Virus record (IMG/VR): IMGVR_UViG_3300011871_000032
Source: an uncultured virus (IMG/VR IMGVR_UViG_3300011871_000032)
Lineage: Duplodnaviria > Heunggongvirae > Uroviricota > Caudoviricetes
Length of the DNA: 64,000 nucleotides
Direction: 5' to 3' (one strand)
Shown: positions 17,834-28,439 of the stretch, one piece after another
Position numbering within the stretch: position 1 is the stretch's first letter
How the letters are laid out: every line of letters starts with the position of its first letter
Translations under genes and position numbers: made by a program
The notes under the pieces: model-generated
What the model saw: the letters and a program-made list of their open reading frames with translations, nothing else
Told to the model about the DNA's origin: nothing
The model's database searches: none

Positions 17834-18436
17834 TTATGCCGCGATAGGAGCAATAAGTAATTCAAATTCTTGCGTATCAGCATGGTATTTTACCAAACCT
17901 GTTTTATCAAGAGCGCGGTTTGATACCAGATTACGAATGACCTGACGATATTTTGGTTGACCACCTTTACTCATCACTAGATCTTCGGAAACCAGATTTT
18001 GAGCTACTTTTTCATTTAGCGTTTTCAACAGATCTACTGATTTTACCATACCATTTTCGCTTACTGCAGAAAGCTCACGTAATGCAATAAGAGCAGGGAT
18101 AACAAGATCAAGCTGAGATAGACGCACTTTAATACCAAACTCTTTTACAGCTTTTTCTGTAATATAAACTTCTTTCGTTGATTTATCATAAACGCCATAA
18201 CCACTTTTAAGCAACGCCCCACCATAGATCATGTTATTAAAAGCACGTTCAATCATACGAATCTTACCACCACTAAAATGACCATCAATAACAGTCATCA
18301 TAGGCTTGTACGCTTCCAGAACATTACGACGAACCTCTTTAAGTGCTACACCACCATTAGTCGCACCATTCATCTTACGAGCGATGTAACGAGCTGTAGG
18401 CTTAACCAGTTCTTTAGACGTAGTGAAAATTTTCAT
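17834..18436 (-). CDS. Hypothetical protein, possible tandem winged-helix DNA-binding domains
   Basis: Basic; G.GVY..T and LVIPALIAL..KY.Q.IRNLVS patterns. Confidence 0.55.
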   Translation of the reverse strand: MKIFTTSKELVKPTARYIARKMNGATNGGVALKEVRRNVLEAYKPMMTVIDGHFSGGKIRMIERAFNNMIYGGALLKSGYGVYDKSTKEVYITEKAVKEFGIKVRLSQLDLVIPALIALRELSAVSENGMVKSVDLLKTLNEKVAQNLVSEDLVMSKGGQPKYRQVIRNLVSNRALDKTGLVKYHADTQEFELLIAPIAA

Positions 18437-18573
18437 ATGTTTTCCTGTTTAGATAGTTAGTGTTCTTCGCTTCAATAAAAACAGTATACTATATGTTGTC
18501 GGTATACACAAGTTTATTTTACGATAAAATAAAAAAAGATGCCCGAAGACATCTTTCTGTATTTTATTGAATT

Positions 18574-19038
18574 TTAGTAGAAATCAACACGCTTGAAATC
18601 ATCACCTTCTTTGTAGAACAAATCAAAATCTGGCTCGAAATACATATTTTCTAAAACTTCTCCATCGTATTTAAAGCCTAAAATACGGAAATCACGTTTA
18701 CCAAGATAAACTTCTTTTTCAAGCTCTAAAGGTTCAGAGAAGTAGTCATCAGGAACAGGGTAGAAGCTTTGGCGCACTTCCAATTCAGTTAAATCACTTT
18801 CAACGATTTTTGGAATATTATCAATATTAGCCATTTTATTGAAGTTATCAATAACAGTTTTCAGATCCTGCTCTGAAACTGATTGATTCCAATTACCTAA
18901 TTTCTCTGGTTTAATATCATCCATACTCATATAATAACCAAAATCATCTTCAGTTCCATCCTCAAGCGCTCCTGTCGAACAAGCGCTTTCAGTTAAAACA
19001 TTAATGATCATAAAATATAAATCTGATTTGAGTTTCAT
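18574..19038 (-). CDS. Hypothetical acidic protein
   Basis: AAGGA RBS. Confidence 0.7.
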   Translation of the reverse strand: MKLKSDLYFMIINVLTESACSTGALEDGTEDDFGYYMSMDDIKPEKLGNWNQSVSEQDLKTVIDNFNKMANIDNIPKIVESDLTELEVRQSFYPVPDDYFSEPLELEKEVYLGKRDFRILGFKYDGEVLENMYFEPDFDLFYKEGDDFKRVDFY

Positions 19039-19051
19039 TATTTTTCCTTGT

Positions 19052-19399
19052 TTAGGCACGATGGATTGCAAGGCCATGATTTAAGAAAGGCCAACCATTT
19101 TTTGTAAAAATACCAATTACTTCAATACTTCCACCTTTTTGGTTAATGAAGCGCACACAGTATGTGCGATCAGCCGGTTTCGCATCACCATCAAGTGTAT
19201 AAACTTCTACTTTCCAACCATCTACAGCAGCAAGAAAACCTTCATCATCGAGATGATTTAAGGCATACTTTGTCAATCTTTCAGCTAAACCTTGAGTAAT
19301 TACTTCATTCATAACACTTAAAGGATAACCAAGAAATGTTCCAACCATATCAAATCTTGCTTCTTCTCGCTTCATGACTGTTGTAGTTATTTGGGACAT
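19052..19399 (-). CDS. Hypothetical protein
   Basis: ORF, RBS, upstream promoter. Confidence 0.7.
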   Translation of the reverse strand: MSQITTTVMKREEARFDMVGTFLGYPLSVMNEVITQGLAERLTKYALNHLDDEGFLAAVDGWKVEVYTLDGDAKPADRTYCVRFINQKGGSIEVIGIFTKNGWPFLNHGLAIHRA

Positions 19400-19494
19400 T
19401 TTAGACACCTTGATAGTTATTTATTCAGGCTTCATTATAACAACATATTGTATGATGCACAATAAAAAAGCGCCGCAGCGCCTTTTTATTTATG

Positions 19495-19854
19495 TTATTT
19501 ACCAAGTTTGACATTTAGATTGTATCGAACTTTTTTCAGATTTTTTAGAACCTTAGCAACAAACAAACGGTATTCTTTCTTTTTGTTCCCCATCTGTTTA
19601 CGTTCTTCCTCGGTAAAATAACTTAGCAAGCTATCAATCTTGTTAAGATTTACCTGTAAGTTTTTAGAAATGAATTTTTTTAGAGTATCGATCTCACTAA
19701 CTGCTTCAGCATTCTTCTTACGATTCTTTTCTGAAACACCATGAATCAAAACAGATTTTAAAGAACGATTATATTTAAACAACATATCTTTGATTTCTTT
19801 TTCAAAACCAGAAAACATCATTTTTTCACGTTCTTGCAAAGTCATAGGCAACAT
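19495..19854 (-). CDS. Hypothetical basic protein
   Basis: AAGGA RBS. Confidence 0.7.
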   Translation of the reverse strand: MLPMTLQEREKMMFSGFEKEIKDMLFKYNRSLKSVLIHGVSEKNRKKNAEAVSEIDTLKKFISKNLQVNLNKIDSLLSYFTEEERKQMGNKKKEYRLFVAKVLKNLKKVRYNLNVKLGK

Positions 19855-19920
19855 ATTTTTTCCTTAAATAATTTTAGATGGCAAGTATACCGCTCTGAAT
19901 ATACCTGCACAAGTCTTTTT

Positions 19921-20310
19921 TTACATTTCTACCAAAAATTCGTTAGCAAGCTCATCAACATATTTTACGCTAACAATATCGTAATGATTAAAGAACAATT
20001 TATCTTGATTATCTTCTGTTGTTTTTCTTTCAAAAGAAACCATTTTACTGCCGATTTTAACCTTTAATTCATTTTCTGATGTACTAATACTCAAATAATT
20101 ATGAGTACGAGAACGCATCAGGTTATACACTCCTTCATTCGCATCTACACCATTTTCGGCCCATTCTTTTACTTTTTTGTTAATCAGTAAAAAAGAATGA
20201 TAAAAATCTTCAAAATCATCATCATCCATAGCAACAAATAGAGGAGCATAAGCTACAAAGTTAATAAAGAAACCTACTTTAATACCTTCTTTTACCAGAG
20301 TCTTTTTCAT
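19921..20310 (-). CDS. Hypothetical protein
   Basis: 129 aa ORF with promoter. Confidence 0.7.
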   Translation of the reverse strand: MKKTLVKEGIKVGFFINFVAYAPLFVAMDDDDFEDFYHSFLLINKKVKEWAENGVDANEGVYNLMRSRTHNYLSISTSENELKVKIGSKMVSFERKTTEDNQDKLFFNHYDIVSVKYVDELANEFLVEM

Positions 20311-20329
20311 TTTAGTATCTCTTTAATAT

Positions 20330-20370
20330 TTAATGACAATATTATAGCGTCTTACTTTATTCAATGCAAC
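20330..20370 (-). promoter_or_regulatory. Sigma70-like promoter with downstream TTGTCAT motif
   Basis: TTGCAT-17-TATAAT-ATTGTCAT. Confidence 0.65.
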
Positions 20371-20405
20371 AAAAAAGAGGCCGTAACCTCTTTTTTTTAC
20401 TTATG

Positions 20406-20552
20406 TTATGCTGCTTGTGGAAGGTTAGCAGGTTTGTTTGCTTCGCCACCGGGATACACCCTACTTTCTACTTGAGTTCTGATAGCATCAACATTATAAA
20501 TAAGGTTATCTAAAAAATTTTTAACATTCTGGTTTGCTGTGTTATTTGACAT
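20406..20552 (-). CDS. 48-aa small protein (MSNNTANQ...NLPQAA)
   Basis: Manual translation; GAGG RBS, followed by terminator; below ORF-track cutoff. Confidence 0.6.
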   Translation of the reverse strand: MSNNTANQNVKNFLDNLIYNVDAIRTQVESRVYPGGEANKPANLPQAA

Positions 20553-20855
20553 AATAGCCTCGACAAGTGTTTGTTTTTACATTTTACCGCTCTTCTTCAA
20601 TGAAAATAGTATACCTAACTATACCATATTATAAAGAGAGCTAAGTCACATTTTATTAAGTAAAAAATCTATATAAATCAATTATTTATTTAGTTACAAA
20701 TATTCTGTTTTACTTTTATTTTTTCCATAAATATTCATAAAATTTTTCAATTTATAAAAGCAAATTTTTTATTTAAAATATAAAGTTCTATCTCATATAA
20801 TTATTATATCGGGGTTTTTAAAAAAAGAAAAGCCACCCGAAGGCAGCTTTTTTTA

Positions 20856-21221
20856 TTATTTTAGATCAGCGGTCACAATTCTATCAATATTTGAACGTAA
20901 TTGTTTTAGTTCTTTTGTTTTTTCTGAAACCAAACACCAAATATCATGAATGAATGCTTTTTTTAGAGTCTTACTCAGTTCAATACCATTGAAGGTTTCC
21001 ATCTCTCCTTTAAAGAGATTGAATTCCTCAAGAAGTAGTTCTCTTAGTTTTTGGATTTGAGAAATAGCAATACAATTATCTTCTGAATATAACTTTTCAG
21101 CGTTCTCTCTGGATTTTGTAATATATCCAAAACCATCTTTCTCGAAAGAATGGATATTAGAAATAGTAGTCTCGTACAAAGAAGTTAAACGAGCATTGCC
21201 AAGAAGTTTTACAGTCAACAT
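20856..21221 (-). CDS. Hypothetical protein
   Basis: GGAG RBS. Confidence 0.7.
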   Translation of the reverse strand: MLTVKLLGNARLTSLYETTISNIHSFEKDGFGYITKSRENAEKLYSEDNCIAISQIQKLRELLLEEFNLFKGEMETFNGIELSKTLKKAFIHDIWCLVSEKTKELKQLRSNIDRIVTADLK

Positions 21222-21287
21222 TTTACTCTCCAAATAATCATTAGGACAATAATGTATCACATTATTTTATTATGCACAAATCATTTT

Positions 21288-21530
21288 TTAAAAAACCTCA
21301 CCTTTTGATGCTTTATATTCTTTTAAGGCTTTTTCAAATCGGATGTAGTCACTTTCTCTTACTTCCACTTCTTCTACTCCATCTTCATCTGCGGGTAAAA
21401 TAGATTTCATGAAAGAATCAAGCAAAAGTATCTGAGCTACTCCACCAGCTACTTTTAACAACTTACCTTCTTTATCTGCTTCATCAAAAGCATCAAGGAA
21501 TTTAATTGCCACCTGTTTTGAAATTTTCAT
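21288..21530 (-). CDS. Hypothetical protein
   Basis: GAGG RBS, TAATG coupling to upstream frame. Confidence 0.65.
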   Translation of the reverse strand: MKISKQVAIKFLDAFDEADKEGKLLKVAGGVAQILLLDSFMKSILPADEDGVEEVEVRESDYIRFEKALKEYKASKGEVF

Positions 21531-21871
21531 TAACACCTCTCAAGTTCTTTAAGTTGTTTATCGATTATCTTTATAGACGCGAATGCTGCTTTTTTAACAG
21601 CTTCTCTTTCATCCTTAAACGGTATGGCTATTAGTGTCCATTTATGGAAAAATAAAAAAACAGAGTCTTTCTTCTGTAAATAAATTTTACCATTTAAATG
21701 GCTTTTTACTACTCGATAGTATAAAAGTGTATTTACAACACTATTATTTTACCATTTCCAAATTAATAAGGAAGTAAGTACAGCAATAATAAAAAGAAGT
21801 GGGAACGATGTCTGCCGTTGCATACGAATCATTAGTACAGCAACAATTAAAAATTCAATTATTTTTCTCAT
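21530..21871 (-). pseudogene. Membrane protein gene interrupted by in-frame TAA at codon 41
   Basis: AGGTG-ATG 21871; TAA at 21749-21751; frame continues to TAA at 21530. Confidence 0.5.
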
Positions 21872-21921
21872 TTTTTCACCTACAATACTAAAAGAGCCGC
21901 CGAAGCAGCCCTTTTTATTTT

Positions 21922-22233
21922 TTAAGCAACGATAGATTCTTTTTGAACCAATCCAACCAAATCTAACAGATCATATAGAGCGTCTGCGACTGCATAATAA
22001 CCTGCTGAATGAGCTGATTCCCATGCCATAGCAAAAACCTTATCTTTAACTGCTTGTGGCAGATCACCATAACCATAAACACCGATTACTTTTTCTTTAA
22101 ATTCAGCACGTAAAACATCGTCAGCTTTACGACGATCTGGATAACTTTTAAAATCATGATAGTTCTGATTTTGTTTATCAGTGCAAGCCTGACAAAATGC
22201 ATAAAGATTAAAAGTAGTGTTTTGCGTATTCAT
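21922..22233 (-). CDS. Hypothetical protein
   Basis: AAGGA RBS; AWESAHSAG motif. Confidence 0.75.
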   Translation of the reverse strand: MNTQNTTFNLYAFCQACTDKQNQNYHDFKSYPDRRKADDVLRAEFKEKVIGVYGYGDLPQAVKDKVFAMAWESAHSAGYYAVADALYDLLDLVGLVQKESIVA

Positions 22234-22316
22234 CGTATTTTTCCTTAGCCTTCTTTATAAGATGCGAGTAGTTTAACAAAGTCTATTGTCAGATACAAGC
22301 TTTTTTTGACAACATT

Positions 22317-22814
22317 TTATACCTTTAAAATTTGTTCTTTTACCATTAACCATTTTTCCTCAAAATGCCATAAATCTGATACAAAATAATATTCTTTAAT
22401 TGGATAGTCGTGGTACATGTTTTCACCATCCCAACGAGGGCGTCCATAATGCGCGTAAGCAAGCATAGTTATAACAGGTGTTCCATCTCTATATGAATAT
22501 GATGTTAACGCAACTTCGACGTATTCAGCGCTCATTTCTTTGAGATCTTCATGGTTTTTCTTAGACATAGAAAATCGTGAATAATAAGGCATTATGAACT
22601 TATCATTTGGCCTTACTTTTCTATTAAATGCCTTTGATAATACATCTAAAATATCATCAGTTAAGATGATTGTTTTAAAATGTTTGTGCTCGTTCTCCCA
22701 AAGATACTTATAATTTCTATTGTAATCAGCTCTAAGATATTTGATTTTTCGCTTGCAAGAAGGATAAAAACAAATAACCAAGACAAGCAAGACGATTGTA
22801 ATCAGTATTTCCAT
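22317..22814 (-). CDS. Membrane-anchored hypothetical protein
   Basis: GAGGAG RBS, N-terminal TM. Confidence 0.7.
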   Translation of the reverse strand: MEILITIVLLVLVICFYPSCKRKIKYLRADYNRNYKYLWENEHKHFKTIILTDDILDVLSKAFNRKVRPNDKFIMPYYSRFSMSKKNHEDLKEMSAEYVEVALTSYSYRDGTPVITMLAYAHYGRPRWDGENMYHDYPIKEYYFVSDLWHFEEKWLMVKEQILKV

Positions 22815-22868
22815 TTTTATACTCCTCTTAGAAAATTTAAAATGAGGCCGAAGCCTCATTATTGTTAT

Positions 22869-23201
22869 TTACCAGCACACATCAATAATATACTCACCGC
22901 GAGGAATTACTTCTTTATGAATAAGGAAGTTTACAAGATCATCATTGATAAATGAATAACGACCTTTTTTTAATTTTTCAAGCATATCGTTAAAATAACC
23001 GTCTTTAAAATTTGGTTCATTTGTTCCAAAATCATGGGTAGAATCATTACCGCATTCTTCAGCAGCTACAAAGCTATATTCCTCAATATCTTTACATTCA
23101 GCAATCTTTGGAAGCTCTGCTTTTACTAAATTTTCAAAGTCATCATAATCAATTTTATAAACGGCTTTTGAAACAATACCATATTCATTCAGGTTAATCA
23201 T
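22869..23201 (-). CDS. Hypothetical protein
   Basis: 110 aa, coupled to upstream ORF. Confidence 0.75.
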   Translation of the reverse strand: MINLNEYGIVSKAVYKIDYDDFENLVKAELPKIAECKDIEEYSFVAAEECGNDSTHDFGTNEPNFKDGYFNDMLEKLKKGRYSFINDDLVNFLIHKEVIPRGEYIIDVCW

Positions 23202-23722
23202 TTTACATCCTCTTTAATCAGTTTTTGGTATGCTTTATGAAACTCTACAGTTTTATGTTTAATATCTTTCATCTTAACAGAAAAAATAGCATTTTTTCTT
23301 TTCATTAAAACTCTTTTAGTGCTTTTACTTTCAGTGAGTTCGTTTAACTTTTTCTCAAACTCTTTAAAATCTTCGATTAATGCTTTTTTAGCCATGCTTA
23401 AAAATGATACTTTATCGCGCATAACAAAAGAACCACGCTCAGTATAATTCTCAAGAAGCTTTTCCATTACATTTTTGGAATAATCATAAACTGTTTTCTT
23501 ATCAAAAATGTTAGTCAGAACATCAAGTTTTGATAGCACTTCCTCTACTGTTCCATTAAAAAACAACTGATCTTCATCCTTGTAAACAACAATTTTATCT
23601 GCTGAAATACCTTCATCAATCAATGAAACTTTAAATCCTTTATAATCAATTACACAAACTCCTTTGCATGGCTGGTTTTGAACAACATCTAACATTGTAA
23701 AACCATGAGTGTTTTTCAGCAT
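23198..23722 (-). CDS. Hypothetical protein
   Basis: 174 aa ORF. Confidence 0.7.
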   Translation of the reverse strand: MLKNTHGFTMLDVVQNQPCKGVCVIDYKGFKVSLIDEGISADKIVVYKDEDQLFFNGTVEEVLSKLDVLTNIFDKKTVYDYSKNVMEKLLENYTERGSFVMRDKVSFLSMAKKALIEDFKEFEKKLNELTESKSTKRVLMKRKNAIFSVKMKDIKHKTVEFHKAYQKLIKEDVK

Positions 23723-23734
23723 TTTTAAATTTCC

Positions 23735-23947
23735 TTAATTAATTTTAGCAAAAAGTTCTACTTTTGAAACTTTAAGCATTCCGGGATAAGCATATTTATT
23801 TAAATTCTCACAAACTTCTTTTGCTGTTTGCTCTGAAAAACCAACACTTCTTATGGTATCAATAGTTAGGTCATATTCATGACCATCAGCATCAAAAATT
23901 TTTTCACCATCAGTAACTACATATACTTCATCAAGCTGTTTCATCAT
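23735..23947 (-). CDS. Hypothetical protein
   Basis: TAATG coupling. Confidence 0.65.
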   Translation of the reverse strand: MMKQLDEVYVVTDGEKIFDADGHEYDLTIDTIRSVGFSEQTAKEVCENLNKYAYPGMLKVSKVELFAKIN

Positions 23948-24147
23948 TAATCCTTATATTCTACAGAACTTAGTTTTTCAAAGTTGTGATGTTCAATCAT
24001 ATCTTCCATCTGTTTAATAGAAGCCGATGGCAGTACAAGCCACATACGATCATTTTCACAATAGTTGTTGATTCCAAAACCAGCATCTAAAGCACGATTA
24101 AAATCACCTTCACCTTTCTTAACCAGACAATGAACATACTTAGACAT
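23947..24147 (-). CDS. Hypothetical protein
   Basis: GAGGA RBS. Confidence 0.65.
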   Translation of the reverse strand: MSKYVHCLVKKGEGDFNRALDAGFGINNYCENDRMWLVLPSASIKQMEDMIEHHNFEKLSSVEYKD

Positions 24148-24272
24148 TTTTAAATCCTCGTTGATTTGATATTGTCATTATACCAACAATGACTTTCATC
24201 CTCAAGCTTTTTCTTTCTGGCAAAGAATAAAAGCTACCCGAAGGTAGCTTTTATCTCGAATAACACATTGTA

Positions 24273-24743
24273 TTATTTATTTGGATGATTAATCAAATCA
24301 ATAGCAAGTTCTACACTGGAAGCAATCATTCCATTTTCCATTTTTGCTGATTCATCTGAAAGAATGGTAATTTTCTGTCCTTTATACATAAAGCTAGTCA
24401 CTTCTGTAGGAGCATTATATTCTTTTTCTGTTTGAATGTATGAAATATAAGCATCATTATAATAGTAATCTGAATGATAACTACCAGAACGCATCTGACC
24501 AATTCCAACATAAAATTTATGACCTTCCAAAGTAAAGCAGGATACAGCATCTTCTAAGCTCTGATATTTTCCATCGGCATTCCAATCGCCATCATTAATC
24601 TGTTTAATTTCAATTGAATAACCTTTTGCTTCTAAATCACATTCAACTTTTTCTAATGTGTTTTCATAATGCTCATCACTAACACTTGAAAAAGCTGATT
24701 CAAGAGAAGTACGTAGAAGTTCTTTCAATTCATTATTAGTCAT
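24273..24743 (-). CDS. Hypothetical protein (paralog of 26754..27209)
   Basis: Shared DEH, GDW..GK, FYxG, ILSD motifs. Confidence 0.75.
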   Translation of the reverse strand: MTNNELKELLRTSLESAFSSVSDEHYENTLEKVECDLEAKGYSIEIKQINDGDWNADGKYQSLEDAVSCFTLEGHKFYVGIGQMRSGSYHSDYYYNDAYISYIQTEKEYNAPTEVTSFMYKGQKITILSDESAKMENGMIASSVELAIDLINHPNK

Positions 24744-24786
24744 TTATTAATACCTTTTAAGTTATGTAGATTTTATTGTGCAATAA

Positions 24787-25386
24787 TTACTTTCCGTTTT
24801 TCTTGCCTTTTCTTACAACTTCTGAAAAAACATAGCTCGGTGATGGTTTAAATGCCTTAATTGATTTTTCCAAATCAAATAAAAACCATCTCAGTTTTTC
24901 AGCATCAAGTTTATATTCAATAGAAATATTAAATAATTTCAAACGATAATCATTAAATGTGCATTTGTTTTTCGATACATCTTTATGCACTTCAAACAAC
25001 TCTTTAATGACACATTCAGGCAGAATGTTACAAAAATCTGACTCTCTTTTATTTGGAATAGCTTCCAGCTTTTCGAATGCTAATTGAACTGGTGTTTTAG
25101 GTTTTTCAATTTCATAGATAACATGCTTTTCATCTTTACCTTCACGGCAAATATAAAAGTTATTTTGACCAATTCTTAAAACCGAATCTGAATCAAGCTC
25201 TTTACCTTCTACTTTCACATAACCGAAAGAAAAGCTATTACCTTCTTTATCTTTTCCAGTTAAACGATATTCAGTGCTTTTAGGGTGTTCTTGAATTTTT
25301 TCATGAGTTACAGAAAAACCCTTCTTTCCTACCAACGGAGAATCATTTAAAAGCAATTCAACATCTTTTTTAGAAAAAGCAGTCAT
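24787..25386 (-). CDS. Hypothetical protein
   Basis: 199 aa ORF. Confidence 0.7.
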   Translation of the reverse strand: MTAFSKKDVELLLNDSPLVGKKGFSVTHEKIQEHPKSTEYRLTGKDKEGNSFSFGYVKVEGKELDSDSVLRIGQNNFYICREGKDEKHVIYEIEKPKTPVQLAFEKLEAIPNKRESDFCNILPECVIKELFEVHKDVSKNKCTFNDYRLKLFNISIEYKLDAEKLRWFLFDLEKSIKAFKPSPSYVFSEVVRKGKKNGK

Positions 25387-25543
25387 TATCCATTTCCTCT
25401 TTCAAATTTATATAATGATTATAGCAAAAAATGCTATCAAATTCTACCATTTTATAAAAAATTCATCAACTATATACCTAATATAAACAATGATTTATAA
25501 TGCATTTTTAATAAAAAAGCCACTCCAAAGTGGCTTCTATTTT

Positions 25544-26188
25544 TTAGTTCACTTTAACTTTCCCTTCGAAGTTTTTTCTCCAGATAGTAAACGATTTTCC
25601 TGTAGTTTTAGAACGAGTACTATAGAGTTTCCCTAATTGGATTTTTTTATGGGTTGGCCCCGGAATCATAACCTTACTTCCATCATCCAAGGTATATACA
25701 TAACGGTATATCGCTCTTTTCTTCGCTGATTCCAGCGTTGAGTATTTTTCTTTACTGATAGCCGCTGGTCTTCCACCCAAACGAGAACAAATATCTTTCC
25801 ATTCTTTACCATGTGGCTTAACCTTATAACCTTTAACATGATAATTAACATAGCATACCAAATGAGCTACTTCATGAGGAATAACATCTTCCATCATATG
25901 TTCAAATTTTTCTTCTAAAGCGTTTTTATTTAACTCGATTTTAAGCTCATATTTTTTTAGACTTGTGTTAAATTTAATCCCAGCCCTTCCTAAATATCGA
26001 CTACTCTTAGGGAATTCTACAACAAGCTTATAATCAGACACTTTACCAGATAGATTAAGTTCGTTATCGGCTTTTAAAATTACTTCATGGATACGGTTGA
26101 TGATTTTTTCTTTTACGTTTTCGAAGAAAATTTCAGATGAACGAGCAGGAATAGTTGTATTACTGCGAAGATGCTCAATAGAAATCAT
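25544..26188 (-). CDS. SprT-like zinc metalloprotease
   Basis: GRAG, IELN, IPHEVAH, PHGKEWK. Confidence 0.85.
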   Translation of the reverse strand: MISIEHLRSNTTIPARSSEIFFENVKEKIINRIHEVILKADNELNLSGKVSDYKLVVEFPKSSRYLGRAGIKFNTSLKKYELKIELNKNALEEKFEHMMEDVIPHEVAHLVCYVNYHVKGYKVKPHGKEWKDICSRLGGRPAAISKEKYSTLESAKKRAIYRYVYTLDDGSKVMIPGPTHKKIQLGKLYSTRSKTTGKSFTIWRKNFEGKVKVN

Positions 26189-26282
26189 GATATAATCCTC
26201 TTGTTTTCAATACAATTATTATACACTATTCTATTTTTAATGACAATAAAAAAGGCACTTCCAAGTGCCTTTTTCTTATTAT

Positions 26283-26630
26283 TTATGCTTCTTCTCGCTG
26301 ACGCTCCATCTCAGCAAAGTATCCTGTTTTATCTAATGCTTGATACGCTTCGGAACCATATTCAGGATCAATCTCACGCCAGTTATCCAGATTTAAGCGA
26401 CCACCTTTAGCAATATGTTCTTTAATCTTTTTAATACGACGTTCTTGAATGTCATTAATATCTTCTAAAGATAATGAAATATTATCTAAATCAGAATCGT
26501 TTAGAGCAAAACGACGACCATCAGTATCTTGACACACAATGTAAATATTTGACTTAATGATTTCGCCACCATCTTCATTAAATCCGTTAGAAAACCAATC
26601 ATCACGAGTAAAAAAATCTAAATCTTTCAT
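26283..26630 (-). CDS. Hypothetical protein
   Basis: W.EIDPEYGSEAY motif of a phage family. Confidence 0.7.
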   Translation of the reverse strand: MKDLDFFTRDDWFSNGFNEDGGEIIKSNIYIVCQDTDGRRFALNDSDLDNISLSLEDINDIQERRIKKIKEHIAKGGRLNLDNWREIDPEYGSEAYQALDKTGYFAEMERQREEA

Positions 26631-26753
26631 TAGTGCTTCTCCCGCTTAAGATGTTGTCATTATAGCATAATGAAGGATGATGTACAGAGATTTCTTAAAA
26701 TATTTAATAATAAAAAAGCCACCCGAAGATGGCTTTCAAAATGTTTTTCTTTA

Positions 26754-27209
26754 TTACAGTAAAGATTTAACAGCTTCTTCAACAGTTGGAAAAACCTGTT
26801 TTCCAATTTTAGCACTTTTGTCAGATAAAATTACAATAGTCTGGTTATTAAAGATAAAATCAGTAATTTTCTTCGGCTTGTTATATTCTTCTTTAGTTTT
26901 TAAGAAACGGATTTCAGCCTCATCAAAATAAGGATCCTCACCTTTTGAACATGTTTGAGAAACTCCAAGATAGAATGTATTACCATCTACAGTAATTTCA
27001 ACCAACGCATTATCCATTAACTCATTTTTACCATTAGAAATCCAATCACCTTCATTTACAATATCATAAGATACTTCATAACCTTTCTTTTCCATATCTT
27101 CAATCAAATCATCAATAGAATGCTCAAAATGTTCATCACATTTAGAACTAAAAACATTTTGAATAGACTGTTTTAGCATTTCTTTAGTATATAACATTGT
27201 ATGCCTCAT
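26754..27209 (-). CDS. Hypothetical protein (paralog of 24273..24743)
   Basis: Sequence similarity by eye. Confidence 0.75.
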   Translation of the reverse strand: MRHTMLYTKEMLKQSIQNVFSSKCDEHFEHSIDDLIEDMEKKGYEVSYDIVNEGDWISNGKNELMDNALVEITVDGNTFYLGVSQTCSKGEDPYFDEAEIRFLKTKEEYNKPKKITDFIFNNQTIVILSDKSAKIGKQVFPTVEEAVKSLL

Positions 27210-27589
27210 ATACCTAAATTAAAATTAAAATGAGTAAGAAGAAGTTGGACAATAAAAAATAAATATCCAAAAAGAATAGGAAATAAAAATAAAGAAATTC
27301 CAACTATGATATTCGCTTTGTTAATATCATTTGGCTTTAAACTAAGACTACTCAATCTTGTTTCAAAAATATGCCCTGTTTTCAAATCCTGAATTTTAGA
27401 GAATTTTAGAACAACAGGTTTTTTATCATTACCACCTATAATCTTATCAAAGATCTCTAATAACAAAAACGAATCAGAAGATGTGTAAGAAAAAGATTGT
27501 TTACGGCTAATAGGAAAAACCTTTTTTCTATTCTCATAGATGAAAACTGTATCACCAACATCAACATTATTTAAATTTAATACTTCCAT
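27206..27589 (-). CDS. Hypothetical protein with C-terminal TM
   Basis: GGAGG RBS. Confidence 0.7.
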   Translation of the reverse strand: MEVLNLNNVDVGDTVFIYENRKKVFPISRKQSFSYTSSDSFLLLEIFDKIIGGNDKKPVVLKFSKIQDLKTGHIFETRLSSLSLKPNDINKANIIVGISLFLFPILFGYLFFIVQLLLTHFNFNLGI

Positions 27590-27753
27590 AACGCCTCCGA
27601 TCAGGATTGCTTTTTAGTAGGAGGTCATTATAACAGCAGTAAAAGTGATATACAATAAAAAGTTTGCTTTATTTATCTTTTACTTTCATGAGCTTATGAT
27701 TCTTTAAGGATAAGCGTTAAAATAAAAAAGACCATTTAGATGGTCTTTTGGAG

Positions 27754-27945
27754 TTATACTGATTTCCTTTCTCTAATCTTCGCATTCCAGCCTTCGCAAT
27801 AAGCTCCAACTCCACGAATCAAAGATAGTTCATCAACTATAGAAGCGTCTTCCCATCCTTTGGCAGCATCTTCTTTAAAGTTCAGATTTTTATCCTTATG
27901 CCGTTCTTGATTATTCCACCAATCCTCAAATGTTAATTCATTCAT
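27754..27945 (-). CDS. Small hypothetical protein
   Basis: GAGGAG RBS. Confidence 0.65.
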   Translation of the reverse strand: MNELTFEDWWNNQERHKDKNLNFKEDAAKGWEDASIVDELSLIRGVGAYCEGWNAKIRERKSV

Positions 27946-27992
27946 CTTTATCTCCTCAAAAAGAATATTATACTTTATACCTATTCAATCTA

Positions 27993-28436
27993 TCAATTAA
28001 TTATGGCATACTCTATTAGATTGATATCATCTTTTATTATTTCAGTATCTATGAACCTTTCCAGCATTATTTTTTCCTTGTAGCATTCTTCCTCTATTGT
28101 TTTAATCGCTGTATTTATATCAACTGAAAAAAACTCTTTACTAATTCTGTATTTTTTCAGTTTTTTATGTATTTTGCTTTCAACAATAAACTGATTAAAA
28201 ACGGGGAGCGAAAATAAAACTTCATAAGATGAAAGGACTCCTGTAGAGGATAAACTTTTTGCCCTCTCCATTGGATGTTTTGCTGTTCTTCCTATCTTTA
28301 AATAAACATTATCATCTGTTTTAACAATGTATATCCATCCCATTTTCTTTTTAAAATATTTCTTTAAATCCTCTGCCTCTCTCAAGGCAGATATTTTATA
28401 TTTAAAATCGTCATCAAATAATTTATCGTAATTCAT
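27993..28436 (-). CDS. T5orf172/GIY-YIG family protein
   Basis: GWIYI..LKIGRT..ERA..L..TGV..E..IH..L..KEFF. Confidence 0.85.
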   Translation of the reverse strand: MNYDKLFDDDFKYKISALREAEDLKKYFKKKMGWIYIVKTDDNVYLKIGRTAKHPMERAKSLSSTGVLSSYEVLFSLPVFNQFIVESKIHKKLKKYRISKEFFSVDINTAIKTIEEECYKEKIMLERFIDTEIIKDDINLIEYAIIN

Positions 28437-28439
28437 TTT

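Noticed and set aside
20553..20855. Replication origin in the AT-rich gap
   Set aside because: No iterons, DnaA boxes or Rep gene seen; AT richness alone is not evidence in this genome.
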